Shown here: positions 36,166-46,751 of the stretch, piece by piece
Position numbering within the stretch: position 1 is the first letter of the stretch
How the letters are laid out: each line of letters opens with the position of its first letter
Assembly: GCA_947644695.1 (NCBI GenBank)
Contig: CANSAJ010000004.1
Span: 5,750 to 69,749 of the forward strand
Length of the DNA: 64,000 bases
Direction of reading: 5' to 3'
DNA from: an uncultured Bacillota bacterium
Lineage (GTDB): Bacteria; Bacillota_I; Bacilli_A; RF39; UBA660
Position numbers and translations under genes: made by a program
The notes under the pieces: model-generated
Told to the model about the DNA's origin: nothing
Seen by the model: the letters and a program-made list of their open reading frames with translations, nothing else
Databases searched by the model: none

Positions 36166-36582
36166 ATGTTAGAAGTAGTAGGAACTATGTTTTTTAAAGA
36201 AGGAAAGCTTTTAATAGATAAACCAAGGAAGCGACCTACTTATCAGATGATAGGAGGTTCGGTTGAAAAAGGTGAGACACCATTAGAAGCTGCGATACGA
36301 GAGTGTCATGAAGAATTAGGAGAACATGTAGTAATTGATGAGAAGTGTTTTGAATTGGTAATGGATTTTAATGAGATAGCAACTAGTGACCAAAAGACGG
36401 AGATACATTTTTATGTTTTTAAATATAATGGTGTGTTAGAAGGTGAACTTACTGTTTCAGAAGAAATTGAGAGTTTTATGTGGTTTGGCGAAAATGATGA
36501 TTTAAATTTGTTATCAAATACTTTGAAAAATGAAGTTATTCCATATTGTATAGAGCATAAGTTAGTGAGAAAAAATGATTAG
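36166..36582 (+). CDS. Nudix (MutT-like) hydrolase
   Basis: Intact Nudix box GGSVEKGETPLEAAIRECHEELG. Confidence 0.8.
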   Translation: MLEVVGTMFFKEGKLLIDKPRKRPTYQMIGGSVEKGETPLEAAIRECHEELGEHVVIDEKCFELVMDFNEIATSDQKTEIHFYVFKYNGVLEGELTVSEEIESFMWFGENDDLNLLSNTLKNEVIPYCIEHKLVRKND

Positions 36583-36611
36583 TAACATTAAATTTAGTGT
36601 TACTTTTTTTT
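36582..36611 (+). terminator. Rho-independent terminator
   Basis: GTAACA-N10-TGTTAC followed by TTTTTTTT. Confidence 0.5.
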
Positions 36612-36658
36612 CTTATTATGAAGATTATTTCATATAATTATTTATAAGGGAGTAGTAT

Positions 36659-37006
36659 ATGGTTAATGATGCTTATGAAGATTTTATGTCTCAGGATTTT
36701 TCTTGTTTAGCTGATTGGATTTATTCACTTAATGCTTATGAATTTACTTTAGTTGCTACATTAATTGGTTTTATAATTGCTCCATCTTTATCTATTAATC
36801 AACAGAATTCTTTGGGTAACTTTTTTGAGCAAATTGGGCAGACTTTGTTAACAATAACATCTCAAAATCAAACTATTAAACATAAGAAAAAGCAGTTTTC
36901 TACTATTAATACTGATAAAGAGACAGATTTAGAGGTCGAGATAGAAAGAATAAAGGCGGAATTATTACAACTAAGAAGAGATAGTTTGATGAATGATAAT
37001 ATATAA
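36659..37006 (+). CDS. Small membrane-associated hypothetical protein
   Basis: 115-aa ORF with one hydrophobic helix (FTLVATLIGFIIAPSL) and a charged C-terminus. Confidence 0.45.
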   Translation: MVNDAYEDFMSQDFSCLADWIYSLNAYEFTLVATLIGFIIAPSLSINQQNSLGNFFEQIGQTLLTITSQNQTIKHKKKQFSTINTDKETDLEVEIERIKAELLQLRRDSLMNDNI

Positions 37007-37092
37007 ATGTTAAGTTTAGTTGACATATTTCCAAGTGCTATTGCTGGATTTTTTAAATAGTGTTTTGTATAATTTGTACATGAGGTGAGAGA

Positions 37093-37734
37093 ATGAATAT
37101 AGGTGATAAGATTTTAGAATTTAGAAAATCTAAGGGGTATTCTCAAGAAGATATTGCTAATAAATTGAATGTATCTAGACAAACAATATCTAAGTGGGAA
37201 ACTAATCAAAGTACGCCAGATTTTGATAAAATAGTACCGCTTTGTCAATTGTTTGATATAACTACAGATGAGTTATTAATGAATAGTAAAGTTTCAAGTA
37301 AAAAAATAAAACTATCAAATAATGAAGGGAATCTTAGTTATGAACAGCAAGAAGATATTAAGAAAAGAAAGTTTGCTTTTAGTTTAAGTATTTCAATATT
37401 TTTGTATTTTTTATCAGTGATGTGGGTTATTTTTTCTGAATTTATTAAAGTAGATGAAAATATAATGGTTTTAATATTTTTAGGAATAGTAGGAATAGCA
37501 ACTGTAATAATTGTGTATTCTTCTATGGTAAATAAAAGTAGAAAAGAAGAATTAGAAAAAGAAAAAGTTAATCCTATAGTTAAGAAAATTAATAATATTT
37601 TAGCTTTAGTATTTTTAGTTGTTTATTTATTTGTAAGTTTTATAACTAATGCGTGGTATATAACTTGGATTTTATGGGTGGTATATTCACTTGTTGTAGA
37701 AATTGTTAAAGTTTTGTATGAATTGGAGAGATAA
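37093..37734 (+). CDS. XRE-family HTH regulator with C-terminal transmembrane segments
   Basis: LEFRKSKGYSQEDIANKLNVSRQTISKWETNQSTPD is a Cro/C1 HTH. Hydrophobic helices follow. Confidence 0.8.
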   Translation: MNIGDKILEFRKSKGYSQEDIANKLNVSRQTISKWETNQSTPDFDKIVPLCQLFDITTDELLMNSKVSSKKIKLSNNEGNLSYEQQEDIKKRKFAFSLSISIFLYFLSVMWVIFSEFIKVDENIMVLIFLGIVGIATVIIVYSSMVNKSRKEELEKEKVNPIVKKINNILALVFLVVYLFVSFITNAWYITWILWVVYSLVVEIVKVLYELER

Positions 37735-37736
37735 AA

Positions 37737-38576
37737 ATGAATGATAATGGTAATAAAATTTTAAAAATAACACTTTTATCAATTTTAAGTGTGTTTTTGA
37801 TAGGAATAATGATATTTGTAATTGTAGCTAAATGGTCTTTTGAAAGTTTTTCAAATGTTTTTAAGGATAAAAATAATTATGAGTTAATTTATTCTGAGAT
37901 TTTTGATGATGTTAATAATGTTAATTTTGATTTAGTTAATGCAGATTTAGATATTAGATATAGTAATGATGATAAAGTTAAGTTAGAAATTTATGATAAT
38001 AATAAAGAGTCTTTTGATGTTAATTTTTCAGAAAGTAGTTTAAGTGTGAAGTTTAAATCATTTAAGGCATTTTGTATAGGATTTTGTTTTTCAAATAGGA
38101 GAGCTGTTCTATATTTGCCACAAGATTATAGTGGGAAGATAGATGTTTATTCTGCAAGTGGTGAGATAGAGTCTAAGAGTTTTAAATCTTCTAATATATT
38201 AATATCTACAGTAAGTGGTGACGTTTTTCTAGAAGGAGCAAAGGATACTAATATTAAAACTGTAAGTGGAGATATTACTATTTATGATGCAGATTCTCTT
38301 CTTGGTAGTTCTACAAGTGGAAGTTTAGAAGTTTATAATTTATTAAGTTATATTGATTATAGTTCTGTAAGTGGAGATATAGATATTTATAACTTTAAGG
38401 TTCTTTCAAATTCTAATATTTCAACTATAAGTGGAGATGTAAATATTGAGGGTATTAATCCAGTTAATATAAATACATCAACTGTATCAGGAGAGGTAGA
38501 AGTTAATACAAAAGATATAAATAGTGAAATAAAATTATCTATAAAAACTACTTCTGGAGATATAGAAATTGATTAA
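37737..38576 (+). CDS. DUF4097-like repeat (putative adhesin/beta-helix) membrane-anchored protein
   Basis: N-terminal TM helix, then repeated (V/I)SGD(I/V) units (TVSGDV, TVSGDIT, SVSGDID, TISGDVN, TVSGEVE, TTSGDIE). Confidence 0.6.
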   Translation: MNDNGNKILKITLLSILSVFLIGIMIFVIVAKWSFESFSNVFKDKNNYELIYSEIFDDVNNVNFDLVNADLDIRYSNDDKVKLEIYDNNKESFDVNFSESSLSVKFKSFKAFCIGFCFSNRRAVLYLPQDYSGKIDVYSASGEIESKSFKSSNILISTVSGDVFLEGAKDTNIKTVSGDITIYDADSLLGSSTSGSLEVYNLLSYIDYSSVSGDIDIYNFKVLSNSNISTISGDVNIEGINPVNINTSTVSGEVEVNTKDINSEIKLSIKTTSGDIEID

Positions 38577-38692
38577 AGAATTCTTAAGGGAATTCTTTTT
38601 TCATAAAAATATCATTATTAAATTTCTTTTTTGAGTTTAAAAAATATTATCTCATGATATAATAATATTGTAAATTATTGGAGGAGTTATAA

Positions 38693-39271
38693 ATGAAGAA
38701 AATATTAATAATATTATTAAGTGTTTGTTTAGTTTTGTTTCCAGCAGTATTAAATGCTTCTGAGATAGAATCTTTAAATTTAGAAGAGGTTCTTAAAAGT
38801 GAGGGAATTGTGCCTTCTTTTGATAAATATAAAGAAAGCGAAAAGCAAACTACAATATATTTTTTTAGAACTGCAGGAGATAGTAATTCAATTAGTTTTT
38901 TAAATTACTTGAATAGTATATATAATGATTATGGTGAATTTTTTAAAGTAAAGACTTACGAAGTAGGGGCTAATTCTGAAAATAAAAAGCTTATGGATAA
39001 TACTATAGATTATCTTAATAGCGATGTAACTTCTACTCCATTTATTATAATAGGAGATGTTCATTTTATTTCATATGATGAGGGAGTTAATGAAAACATT
39101 ATTAAAGCTATCGTAATGGATTATGAGAGTGAAGAAAAAGTAGATATTATTGACGAAGTATTAGTTAGATATTATAGAAATTATGATTTGTATATTGGTA
39201 TTATTCTGATACTTGTTATAGGATTAATTGGTGCATTTGTTTATGCTTCTTTAAAGGGAAGTAAAGAATAG
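38693..39271 (+). CDS. Exported protein with a C-terminal membrane anchor
   Basis: Signal peptide MKKILIILLSVCLVLFPAVLNA and a C-terminal TM helix. No catalytic motif. Confidence 0.5.
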   Translation: MKKILIILLSVCLVLFPAVLNASEIESLNLEEVLKSEGIVPSFDKYKESEKQTTIYFFRTAGDSNSISFLNYLNSIYNDYGEFFKVKTYEVGANSENKKLMDNTIDYLNSDVTSTPFIIIGDVHFISYDEGVNENIIKAIVMDYESEEKVDIIDEVLVRYYRNYDLYIGIILILVIGLIGAFVYASLKGSKE

Positions 39272-39280
39272 AATAAAAAA

Positions 39281-39300
39281 AGTGGTTTGTTTAGACCACT
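39281..39300. terminator. Bidirectional terminator between convergent genes
   Basis: AGTGGT-TTGTTTAG-ACCACT, flanked by an A-run upstream and a T-run downstream. Confidence 0.5.
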
Positions 39301-39301
39301 T

Positions 39302-39706
39302 TTAATTTTCTAAGTTAGTTAATATTTCTTCAGAAATTTCTGAAGCTTTTTCTTTTAGATCTTCAATTAAATCTTCAAATTCATCCATTCCTTTTTTCTT
39401 TGTGTAGCTTATTAATTTGTTGATTTTTTTGATTACTTTTTTAGCTTGTTTTTTAGCCTTTTTGTATTCTTCTATTGTATCAAGTTTAGCAATTTCGATA
39501 TCTAAGTCATCTAGTTTTTTTTCTATGTATTTTTTGATGTCTTTTTTATCTAGTCCTTGAAGTTTAATTTTTAAATCAATAAAGCTTTCTTTAATTTTTT
39601 CTCTAGTTTCGCTTCCTTTTCTAGGAGCAAATAGTATTCCTACAATACTTCCAATAACAGCGCCTGTACCTAATGCTGTTAATATTTTAAGTTTTTCCTT
39701 TTTCAT
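39302..39706 (-). CDS. YtxH-like general stress protein
   Basis: The N-terminus LGTGAVIGSIVGILFAPRKGSETREKI is typical of YtxH. The rest is charged helical. Confidence 0.7.
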   Translation of the reverse strand: MKKEKLKILTALGTGAVIGSIVGILFAPRKGSETREKIKESFIDLKIKLQGLDKKDIKKYIEKKLDDLDIEIAKLDTIEEYKKAKKQAKKVIKKINKLISYTKKKGMDEFEDLIEDLKEKASEISEEILTNLEN

Positions 39707-39801
39707 TTGTTCACCTTCTTATTAATATTATATCACTTAAATTGGAATTTATTAACATTTTAGTGATTATATTTACATACAAAAAACGAGAAATTTCTCG
39801 T

Positions 39802-40404
39802 TTAGCAACTTGTACATACATTATTTTCAAGTTTATTAAAGCTTTCTTTTAATTTATTTTTTAAGTTTGATATTCTTTCGTTATTCCAATATGTTTCTGG
39901 TGTTAGTGTATCGTCAGTTATTACAGAACTTTCGTTATCGTGTCCAATTATATTTCCTTTGTTTACTATGGTTACATCAGGAACATAGATTCTATGATTA
40001 CCTTCATCATCATAAAGTAGATTATCATTTAATATTTCAATTAATTTTTTATAGTTTTTTGTATTATTTTTTCTATCTTCAAGTATATTTACATAGTATA
40101 TTTTCTCTATATTATTTTCTTTAGCAGTTTCGTTTAATATTTTTACGTATGATTGGCACCATTGGCATTCAGGAAATCCTAGATATATTACTCCAGTACC
40201 ATTTTCAAGTATTTTTATAACACTTTCTATATTAGAATATACGAATACATTATTATCTGATACTCCAGAATATTCTTTTTTAAATTTTTCTGCATCTGTT
40301 AATATAGTGTTGTTGTTTTCAAATTTTTTATAAATTAGTATAGATATAGAAATAATCCCTATTAATACTATACTACCAATTAAAATTTTTTTTATTTTTT
40401 TCAT
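39802..40404 (-). CDS. Membrane-anchored thioredoxin-fold protein
   Basis: MKKIKKILIGSIVLIGIISISIL anchor and CxxC motif FPECQWCQ. AGGAG RBS precedes the internal ATG at 40404; the ORF track starts at 40443. Confidence 0.6.
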   Translation of the reverse strand: MKKIKKILIGSIVLIGIISISILIYKKFENNNTILTDAEKFKKEYSGVSDNNVFVYSNIESVIKILENGTGVIYLGFPECQWCQSYVKILNETAKENNIEKIYYVNILEDRKNNTKNYKKLIEILNDNLLYDDEGNHRIYVPDVTIVNKGNIIGHDNESSVITDDTLTPETYWNNERISNLKNKLKESFNKLENNVCTSC

Positions 40405-40517
40405 TTTACATCTCCTGATATTATTATACATAATAAAAAGCAAAACAGAAAGAAATATATTCTTTGTTTACTAAAAAGTTACAAAATATAGCATATTATG
40501 GTAAAATTTAGTAAGAG

Positions 40518-41255
40518 ATGATAGGTATGGTTTTTAGAAAAGCAATTTTAATTATTCATGGTTTTGCTGGTGGTACTTTTGATTTAGAGTATTTAGCGAA
40601 TAGTTTAGAGTTTCAAAGAAATTTTGATGTTTTCAGTTTTACATTGCCAGGTCATGATTATGGTTTAGGTTCTGTTAAGAAAGGTGAATGGATCAACAGT
40701 GCTGAAGAGCATATTCTAAATCTTATTAATAATGGATATAAAAGTATTTATGTAGTAGGGCATAGTATGGGTGGGGTAATTGGAACTTATCTTGCTAGTA
40801 AGTATAAAGAGGTAAAGAAACTTGTTTTGGTGGCGCCTGCATTTCATTCGTTTATGTATAAAGATACTAAGTTTAATATTTTTGATTCTTTAAAAACAGG
40901 ATTAAAAAATATTAGAGATTATAAAGTTTCGGCTGTGTTTGCAAGGCTTAGAAAGTTGCCTAGACATTCTTTTGTAGAATTTAGATCTTTGGTTAAAACA
41001 TGTTATAATTCTCCTTCTTTTGTGTATGTTCCTACTTTGATTATTCAAGGGAATAAGGATAATATTGTACCTATTAGTAGTGTTAATTATGTTTTTAGAA
41101 CGTTGAAGAGCAAATATAAAGAAATGATTTTTGTGAGAGATACAGGTCATGATATTTTTAGAGGTAAGAGAAATGATGATGTTACTAAAGAAATAATAAA
41201 GTTTTTAAAGCATAAAAATAGAAGAATAGAAAAAGAGGAAAAAAGAGAGATATAA
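40518..41255 (+). CDS. Alpha/beta hydrolase (esterase/lipase type)
   Basis: IIHGFAGG and the nucleophile elbow GHSMGG. C-terminal His motif GHDIF. Confidence 0.8.
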   Translation: MIGMVFRKAILIIHGFAGGTFDLEYLANSLEFQRNFDVFSFTLPGHDYGLGSVKKGEWINSAEEHILNLINNGYKSIYVVGHSMGGVIGTYLASKYKEVKKLVLVAPAFHSFMYKDTKFNIFDSLKTGLKNIRDYKVSAVFARLRKLPRHSFVEFRSLVKTCYNSPSFVYVPTLIIQGNKDNIVPISSVNYVFRTLKSKYKEMIFVRDTGHDIFRGKRNDDVTKEIIKFLKHKNRRIEKEEKREI

Positions 41256-41258
41256 GTT

Positions 41259-43610
41259 ATGATAGATGTTAGTGTAGAAAGTGTAAAAGATGATTATTTA
41301 AAGTTGCTTTCAGATAATGAATATATATCTTTTAGAATGTATAATGAATTTTTAGAAAAATATAGTGATCTTTTTATTAATCAAAGTGATAATGATATTA
41401 TTAAGTATATTTCTAATAAGGGTTATTCAGAGATTGAAAATCATAATGATAGAGTTATAGATAAAGAACTAGTAAAATATAAAGATTATTTTGATAATAT
41501 GTTTAATTCGATTGATGATAAAATAATCTTAGATGATGAACAGAGAAAAGCAATTTTAAATAAAGAAGATTATTCTTTAATTATAGCAGGTGCTGGTGCC
41601 GGAAAGACTACTACTATGGCAGCAAAAGTAAAGTATTTGATAGAAAAATGTAATGTGGATCCTAGAAAAATTGCAGTTATATCTTTTACTAATAAGGCTA
41701 CTGAAGAATTGGAAGATAGAATTAAATTTGAGTTTGGATTACCAGTAGATGTTATGACATTTCATTCTTTAGGAATTAAAATAGTTAGAAGAATGTTTGA
41801 TAATCCGCTTAAGCCGCTTTCTAATAATGAACAAAGGGAAATTATTATTAATTTTGTAAAAGATTATTTGTTTAAGAATAAAAGATTATTAAAAAAATAT
41901 GTAGAAGTTTTTAAGAATTTTAGATTTGATGGAAAGCCTATGTTTTCAAAAGGTTTTTTAGAAAATTATTTGAAGTTTGATAGTTTTGCTGATTATTTTA
42001 ATGATTATAAAGCAAGAAAACAAGCTCAAGATAGAGATAATTTAGTAGAAATTATTCATAATAAGACAACACATTATATTAGACAAACTACTCCTAGAAG
42101 TATTAAGAACGAACAAATGAGGTCTAGAGCTGAGGCTAGGATTGCAAATTTTCTGTTTGTTAATGGAATAGATTATAAGTATGAAGAAGTATATCCGGAA
42201 AAAGTTGATTATGAACTTACATATTTGCCTGATTTTACTTTAGAAGTTAATGGTGAGCTTATATATATTGAGTATTTTGGATTGTCTGGTTTTTATGAGA
42301 ATGGAAGTATAAGTGAAAAAAATCAGAAGAAGTATAATTATTTGAGAGAGAAAAAATATCAATTTCATAAATTAAAGAATAATAAGTATATAGAGTTAGA
42401 TTATAAGAAAGAAAAAGATGGTGTAACTATTGATTATTTGAGTAATTTAGAGAATAAATTGAAAGCTTATGGTGTTAGGTTTAATAAGATTTCTAATGAG
42501 GAGATTTATAATCAGTTTTTAGATAATAATATGTCTGCAGAGTTTTATAATTTCGTTGATTTTTTTATTGATGTTATAGATAAGTTAAAAGCTACAGATG
42601 CAAGGGAGCATTATGTTGATTTATTAAGTAAGTATATTTCTAATATTCCAGATGGCGAAGATATTAAAGAATCGAGGAAATTAGAAGCTAATCTTTTTAT
42701 ACATGTTTATAAGTATTACCAGAATGAATTAATGCCTAAACATAAAGTGGATTTTTCTGATATGATTTATTATGCAAATAAGTATATTAAGACTATTCCA
42801 TCAGTAAAGAATGTTTTAGAATATGAATATTTGATTATAGATGAGTATCAAGATATATCTATAGATAGGTATTTGTTTGCTAGAAATATTTCGATGATTT
42901 CTAATGCAAAAGTAATTAGTGTTGGAGATGATTGGCAGACTATTTTTTCATTTGCTGGTTCTAGAATAGATTTATTTTTTAAATATAATATGTTATTTCC
43001 GGGTGCGAGACAGTTATTTATAAATAATACTTATAGGAATAGTCAAGAACTTATAGATAAAGCAGGGAGTTTTGTAATGAAGAATCCTTTTCAGATTAAA
43101 AAACAATTGTTTTCAAATAAAGTTAGAGAAGATCCTATTAAAGTAGTTTTTTATGAGGATAATCAATTTGAAAGGGTTTCTAAAATATTAGATTTTATTT
43201 ATAGTAAAGATAATATTAGTAATGTACTTATATTGGCAAGGCGTAATAAGATTATAGATAGATTAATTGATAGTGAGTTTTTTAGTCAGGGAGTTGATAC
43301 AAGGGTTATTTATAATAAGTATCCTAATTTAATAATAGATGCGATGAGTATTCATAGTGCTAAAGGTTTAGGTGCTGATTATGTTATAATTTTAAATGTT
43401 ACAAATAATGATTTTCCACTTCATGAAAGAATAGATAATTGGTTAGTTGAGCTTTTTAAACCACATGGTTTTTATGAAAATTTTAGTGATGCTGAAGAAA
43501 GGCGAGTATTTTATGTTGCTCTTACAAGGGCTAAGAAGGATGTTTATTTATTAAGTCCACTTTCATCTAATAAAAGGTCACCGTTTTTAAATGAATTAGA
43601 TGTTTTTTAA
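41259..43610 (+). CDS. UvrD/Rep-family helicase (helicase IV-like) with an embedded PD-(D/E)xK-like segment
   Basis: Walker A AGAGAGKTTT, motif II IIDEYQD and C-terminal SIHSAKGLGADYV. The inserted YLPDFTL...IYIEYFG resembles a restriction-endonuclease-fold module. Confidence 0.75.
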   Translation: MIDVSVESVKDDYLKLLSDNEYISFRMYNEFLEKYSDLFINQSDNDIIKYISNKGYSEIENHNDRVIDKELVKYKDYFDNMFNSIDDKIILDDEQRKAILNKEDYSLIIAGAGAGKTTTMAAKVKYLIEKCNVDPRKIAVISFTNKATEELEDRIKFEFGLPVDVMTFHSLGIKIVRRMFDNPLKPLSNNEQREIIINFVKDYLFKNKRLLKKYVEVFKNFRFDGKPMFSKGFLENYLKFDSFADYFNDYKARKQAQDRDNLVEIIHNKTTHYIRQTTPRSIKNEQMRSRAEARIANFLFVNGIDYKYEEVYPEKVDYELTYLPDFTLEVNGELIYIEYFGLSGFYENGSISEKNQKKYNYLREKKYQFHKLKNNKYIELDYKKEKDGVTIDYLSNLENKLKAYGVRFNKISNEEIYNQFLDNNMSAEFYNFVDFFIDVIDKLKATDAREHYVDLLSKYISNIPDGEDIKESRKLEANLFIHVYKYYQNELMPKHKVDFSDMIYYANKYIKTIPSVKNVLEYEYLIIDEYQDISIDRYLFARNISMISNAKVISVGDDWQTIFSFAGSRIDLFFKYNMLFPGARQLFINNTYRNSQELIDKAGSFVMKNPFQIKKQLFSNKVREDPIKVVFYEDNQFERVSKILDFIYSKDNISNVLILARRNKIIDRLIDSEFFSQGVDTRVIYNKYPNLIIDAMSIHSAKGLGADYVIILNVTNNDFPLHERIDNWLVELFKPHGFYENFSDAEERRVFYVALTRAKKDVYLLSPLSSNKRSPFLNELDVF

Positions 43611-43670
43611 GTCAATTACCCATTCCAAGTTAGTGTATATATCATAGATTAATATTGGGTTGGTGTTTAT

Positions 43671-44471
43671 ATGATTGATAAGTTAATGGAAATTAATCCT
43701 GTGATACTAAGTGTGTTTGCAACTTTATTTACTTGGGGAGTTACAGCCTTAGGTGCGTCTTTAGTTTTCTTTTTTAAAAAAACTAATAGAAATGTTATGG
43801 ATGCTATGCTTGGTTTTGCGGCTGGAGTTATGATTGCTGCTTCATTTTGGTCTCTTTTAGATCCTGGTATTTCTTTGGCAGAAGAATTAGGAAAGTGTGC
43901 CTGGTTAATAGCGCTTGTAGGATTTCTAAGTGGTGGGATTGTGTTATTTTTAGGTGATAAAGTTTGTAATTTATTTATGAAAAAATCTAAAAATACAAAG
44001 AATAGTGGTTTTAAGAGATGTTTATTGTTAATAACTAGTATTACTTTACATAATATTCCTGAAGGTTTAGCAGTTGGTGTTGCATTTGGCTCTTTGGCTT
44101 ATAATATGACTGAATCTTCATTGCTTGCAGCTTTAGTACTTGCTTTGGGTATAGGACTTCAAAATTTTCCAGAAGGAAGTGCTGTTAGTTTACCTTTGAG
44201 AAGAGAAGGATATAGTAGAAGTAAATCTTTTATGTATGGACAGTTTAGTGGAATAGTGGAGCCTATAGCTGGGGTTATAGGAGCTATATTAGTAACAAGA
44301 ATTCAAAATATATTACCATTCTTTTTAAGTTTTGCTGCAGGTGCGATGATTTATGTTGTAGTAGAAGAGTTAATTCCTGAGAGTCAAAGTAATAAGTCTA
44401 AGGATTTGATGGCATTTTTTACACTTATAGGATTTTCTATTATGATGGTTTTAGATGTCGCTTTAGGTTAG
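43671..44471 (+). CDS. ZIP-family divalent metal transporter
   Basis: The conserved motifs HNIPEGLAVG and QNFPEG, plus multiple TM helices. Confidence 0.85.
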   Translation: MIDKLMEINPVILSVFATLFTWGVTALGASLVFFFKKTNRNVMDAMLGFAAGVMIAASFWSLLDPGISLAEELGKCAWLIALVGFLSGGIVLFLGDKVCNLFMKKSKNTKNSGFKRCLLLITSITLHNIPEGLAVGVAFGSLAYNMTESSLLAALVLALGIGLQNFPEGSAVSLPLRREGYSRSKSFMYGQFSGIVEPIAGVIGAILVTRIQNILPFFLSFAAGAMIYVVVEELIPESQSNKSKDLMAFFTLIGFSIMMVLDVALG

Positions 44472-44545
44472 TGGGTTATCCCACTTTTTTTGATATATTT
44501 TGCATTTTAAATATGATAAAATATTATTAGAATAGAGGTGAAAAT

Positions 44546-45295
44546 ATGAAATGTTTAATAACAGGGGCATCATCTGGTATTGGTAAGGATATGGCGATTT
44601 ATTTTTCAAGTTTAGGACATCAAGTTATAATGGTTTCAAGTAATAAAGAAAAGCTTATGAATGCTAGTAAAGAAGTATCTAATTCAGTTATTTATGTGGC
44701 TGATTTAGCTAATCCAGAGGATGTTGATTCTTTGTGTGATTATATTTTAGAAGAGAAGCCTCATATAGTAATTAATAATGCTGGATTTGGTGCTTTTGGT
44801 TTTTCTGATGAGATAAGTTTAGATAGAGAAATAGAAATGATTAATGTTAATGTAATTTCTCTTCATAAAATTACAAGAACTTGCTTAAAATATATGGAAG
44901 GGGTGAGTAACTCATATATTTTAAATGTTTCTTCTTCTGCAGGCCTTATGCCTGGAGGGCCACTTCTAAGTGCTTATTATGCAACTAAGAGTTACGTTAG
45001 AAGTTATAGTCTTGGTATTTATGAGGAGTTAGTAAAAAAGAAAAGTAGTATTAATTTATCGGTTTTGTGTCCTGGACCAGTACATACGAATTTTAATAAA
45101 GTAGCTGGAGGGCATTTTAGTGTTAAGTCTCTTAGTAGTGAATATGTCGCTAAATATGCGATTGATAAGATGTTTAAGCATAAGCTAATTATTGTACCAG
45201 GATTTAGTATGAAGTTTGGTGTATTTTTTAGTAGATTTCTTCCTATAAAAGCTTTACTTGCTATTACGTTTTCAATACAGCATAAAAAGAGGTGA
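44546..45295 (+). CDS. Short-chain dehydrogenase/reductase
   Basis: ITGASSGIGKD cofactor motif, NNAG, and the catalytic YxxxK (YYATK). Confidence 0.85.
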   Translation: MKCLITGASSGIGKDMAIYFSSLGHQVIMVSSNKEKLMNASKEVSNSVIYVADLANPEDVDSLCDYILEEKPHIVINNAGFGAFGFSDEISLDREIEMINVNVISLHKITRTCLKYMEGVSNSYILNVSSSAGLMPGGPLLSAYYATKSYVRSYSLGIYEELVKKKSSINLSVLCPGPVHTNFNKVAGGHFSVKSLSSEYVAKYAIDKMFKHKLIIVPGFSMKFGVFFSRFLPIKALLAITFSIQHKKR

Positions 45296-45846
45296 TAAGT
45301 ATTATGAAGGTTAAAGTTAGACATGAATTTTTTACTTTTTCACCTTATTATTTAGGTTCTATTATGTTGTTTATTTGTTCAGTTATGTTGCTTTGTTTTA
45401 ATGGTTTAAACTTTTATTCATTTGCTGTTATATTTTGTTTTGCTTTTTATAGTTTAAGAGTTTTTTCTGTGATTTTTAGGGTTTCTATAAATGTTGATGA
45501 AGAAAAAATAGTTGCAAGATATTTAATAAAGAAAAAAGAACCAAGTTTATTTAAACGTATTTTTAATCCTTTTAGAATTGCTAAAGGAGGGCGTTATTCG
45601 TATTCTGATTATTGTTATTTTCTTACAGAAAGTTTAATCATATTAGAGGATATAAAAGAATATTATTTTTTTAAGGATAAAGGAAATGGAAAAAGTGAAG
45701 ATATTATAATAGTTAAAAAATCGGGTAAAAAAACTAGAATACCTATAAGTCAGTTTAGAAAAAAAGATTTAAAATTAATGATTAACGACATTTATAATAA
45801 AACTGGTGTTTTGCCAACAGGATCTTTGAGTAGCTTTATTAATTAA
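45292..45846 (+). CDS. Membrane hypothetical protein
   Basis: Two N-terminal TM helices. It overlaps the SDR stop by 4 nt. Confidence 0.45.
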   Translation: MISIMKVKVRHEFFTFSPYYLGSIMLFICSVMLLCFNGLNFYSFAVIFCFAFYSLRVFSVIFRVSINVDEEKIVARYLIKKKEPSLFKRIFNPFRIAKGGRYSYSDYCYFLTESLIILEDIKEYYFFKDKGNGKSEDIIIVKKSGKKTRIPISQFRKKDLKLMINDIYNKTGVLPTGSLSSFIN

Positions 45847-45881
45847 TTTGTATTCATGTTATAATAATTATAGGAGGATTA

Positions 45882-46751
45882 ATGAAACGATTTGGTGATA
45901 GAAGAGATGGTATAAAAGTTAGAGACAAAGATGCAATGCATAAGCTTATTAATCATATTAAACCTAATAGATGTGATAGTGATGTGTTTATTAACAAGAA
46001 GATGGATGTTACTTTATTAGTGAAATATATGGAAAATAAGAAAAGACAAGAAAAAGATTTAACGTATTATCATTTGTTCTTAACTGTAATTGCTAAAACA
46101 ATTTATAATAAGCCACTTTTGAATAGGTTCGTGATTAATAAGGATCTATATGATAGGAATGAGGTCTCTATTGGTTTTACTGCAAAATCTGATTATAGTG
46201 ATGAGTCTAGAGATATTCTTTCTATAGTAAAAGTTTTACCTGATGATACACTCGAAAATGTTAAAGCTAGTGTTATTAGATCTGTTAAGAAAGTTAGAAA
46301 TAATGAAGAAAGTGGTACTAATAAAGTTATTTCTATTTTAGGAAAATTTCCTAAGTTTATGATTTCATTAATTGTAAAGATTGTTAAGTTTATGGATAGG
46401 CATGATATGTTACCTAAGTCTATGATTGAAGATAATCTTTATTATAGTAGCGTTATAGTTTCAAATTTAGGAAGTATTCATAGTGGTGCGATTTATCATA
46501 ATTTAACAGATTTTGGGACTAGTTCCATTTTAGTTACTATAGGAGAAATACAATTAGAGAAAACTATTATTAATAATAAAGAAGAAGAAAGATATATGTG
46601 TGAATTTGGTATTAATATTGATGAAAGAATTGCAGATGGTGTTTACTTTGTTAAGTCTATAAACTTAATGCAAGATATTTTAAATAAACCTGAGTTACTG
46701 GAAAGGAGAGTAAGTGAAAAAGTTGAAGAAACAACAAAATATAAATATTGA
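45882..46751 (+). CDS. 2-oxoacid dehydrogenase acyltransferase catalytic-domain-like protein
   Basis: C-terminal INIDERIADG resembles the DHRxxDG active-site motif, with Glu in place of His. The size fits the catalytic domain only. Confidence 0.45.
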   Translation: MKRFGDRRDGIKVRDKDAMHKLINHIKPNRCDSDVFINKKMDVTLLVKYMENKKRQEKDLTYYHLFLTVIAKTIYNKPLLNRFVINKDLYDRNEVSIGFTAKSDYSDESRDILSIVKVLPDDTLENVKASVIRSVKKVRNNEESGTNKVISILGKFPKFMISLIVKIVKFMDRHDMLPKSMIEDNLYYSSVIVSNLGSIHSGAIYHNLTDFGTSSILVTIGEIQLEKTIINNKEEERYMCEFGINIDERIADGVYFVKSINLMQDILNKPELLERRVSEKVEETTKYKY

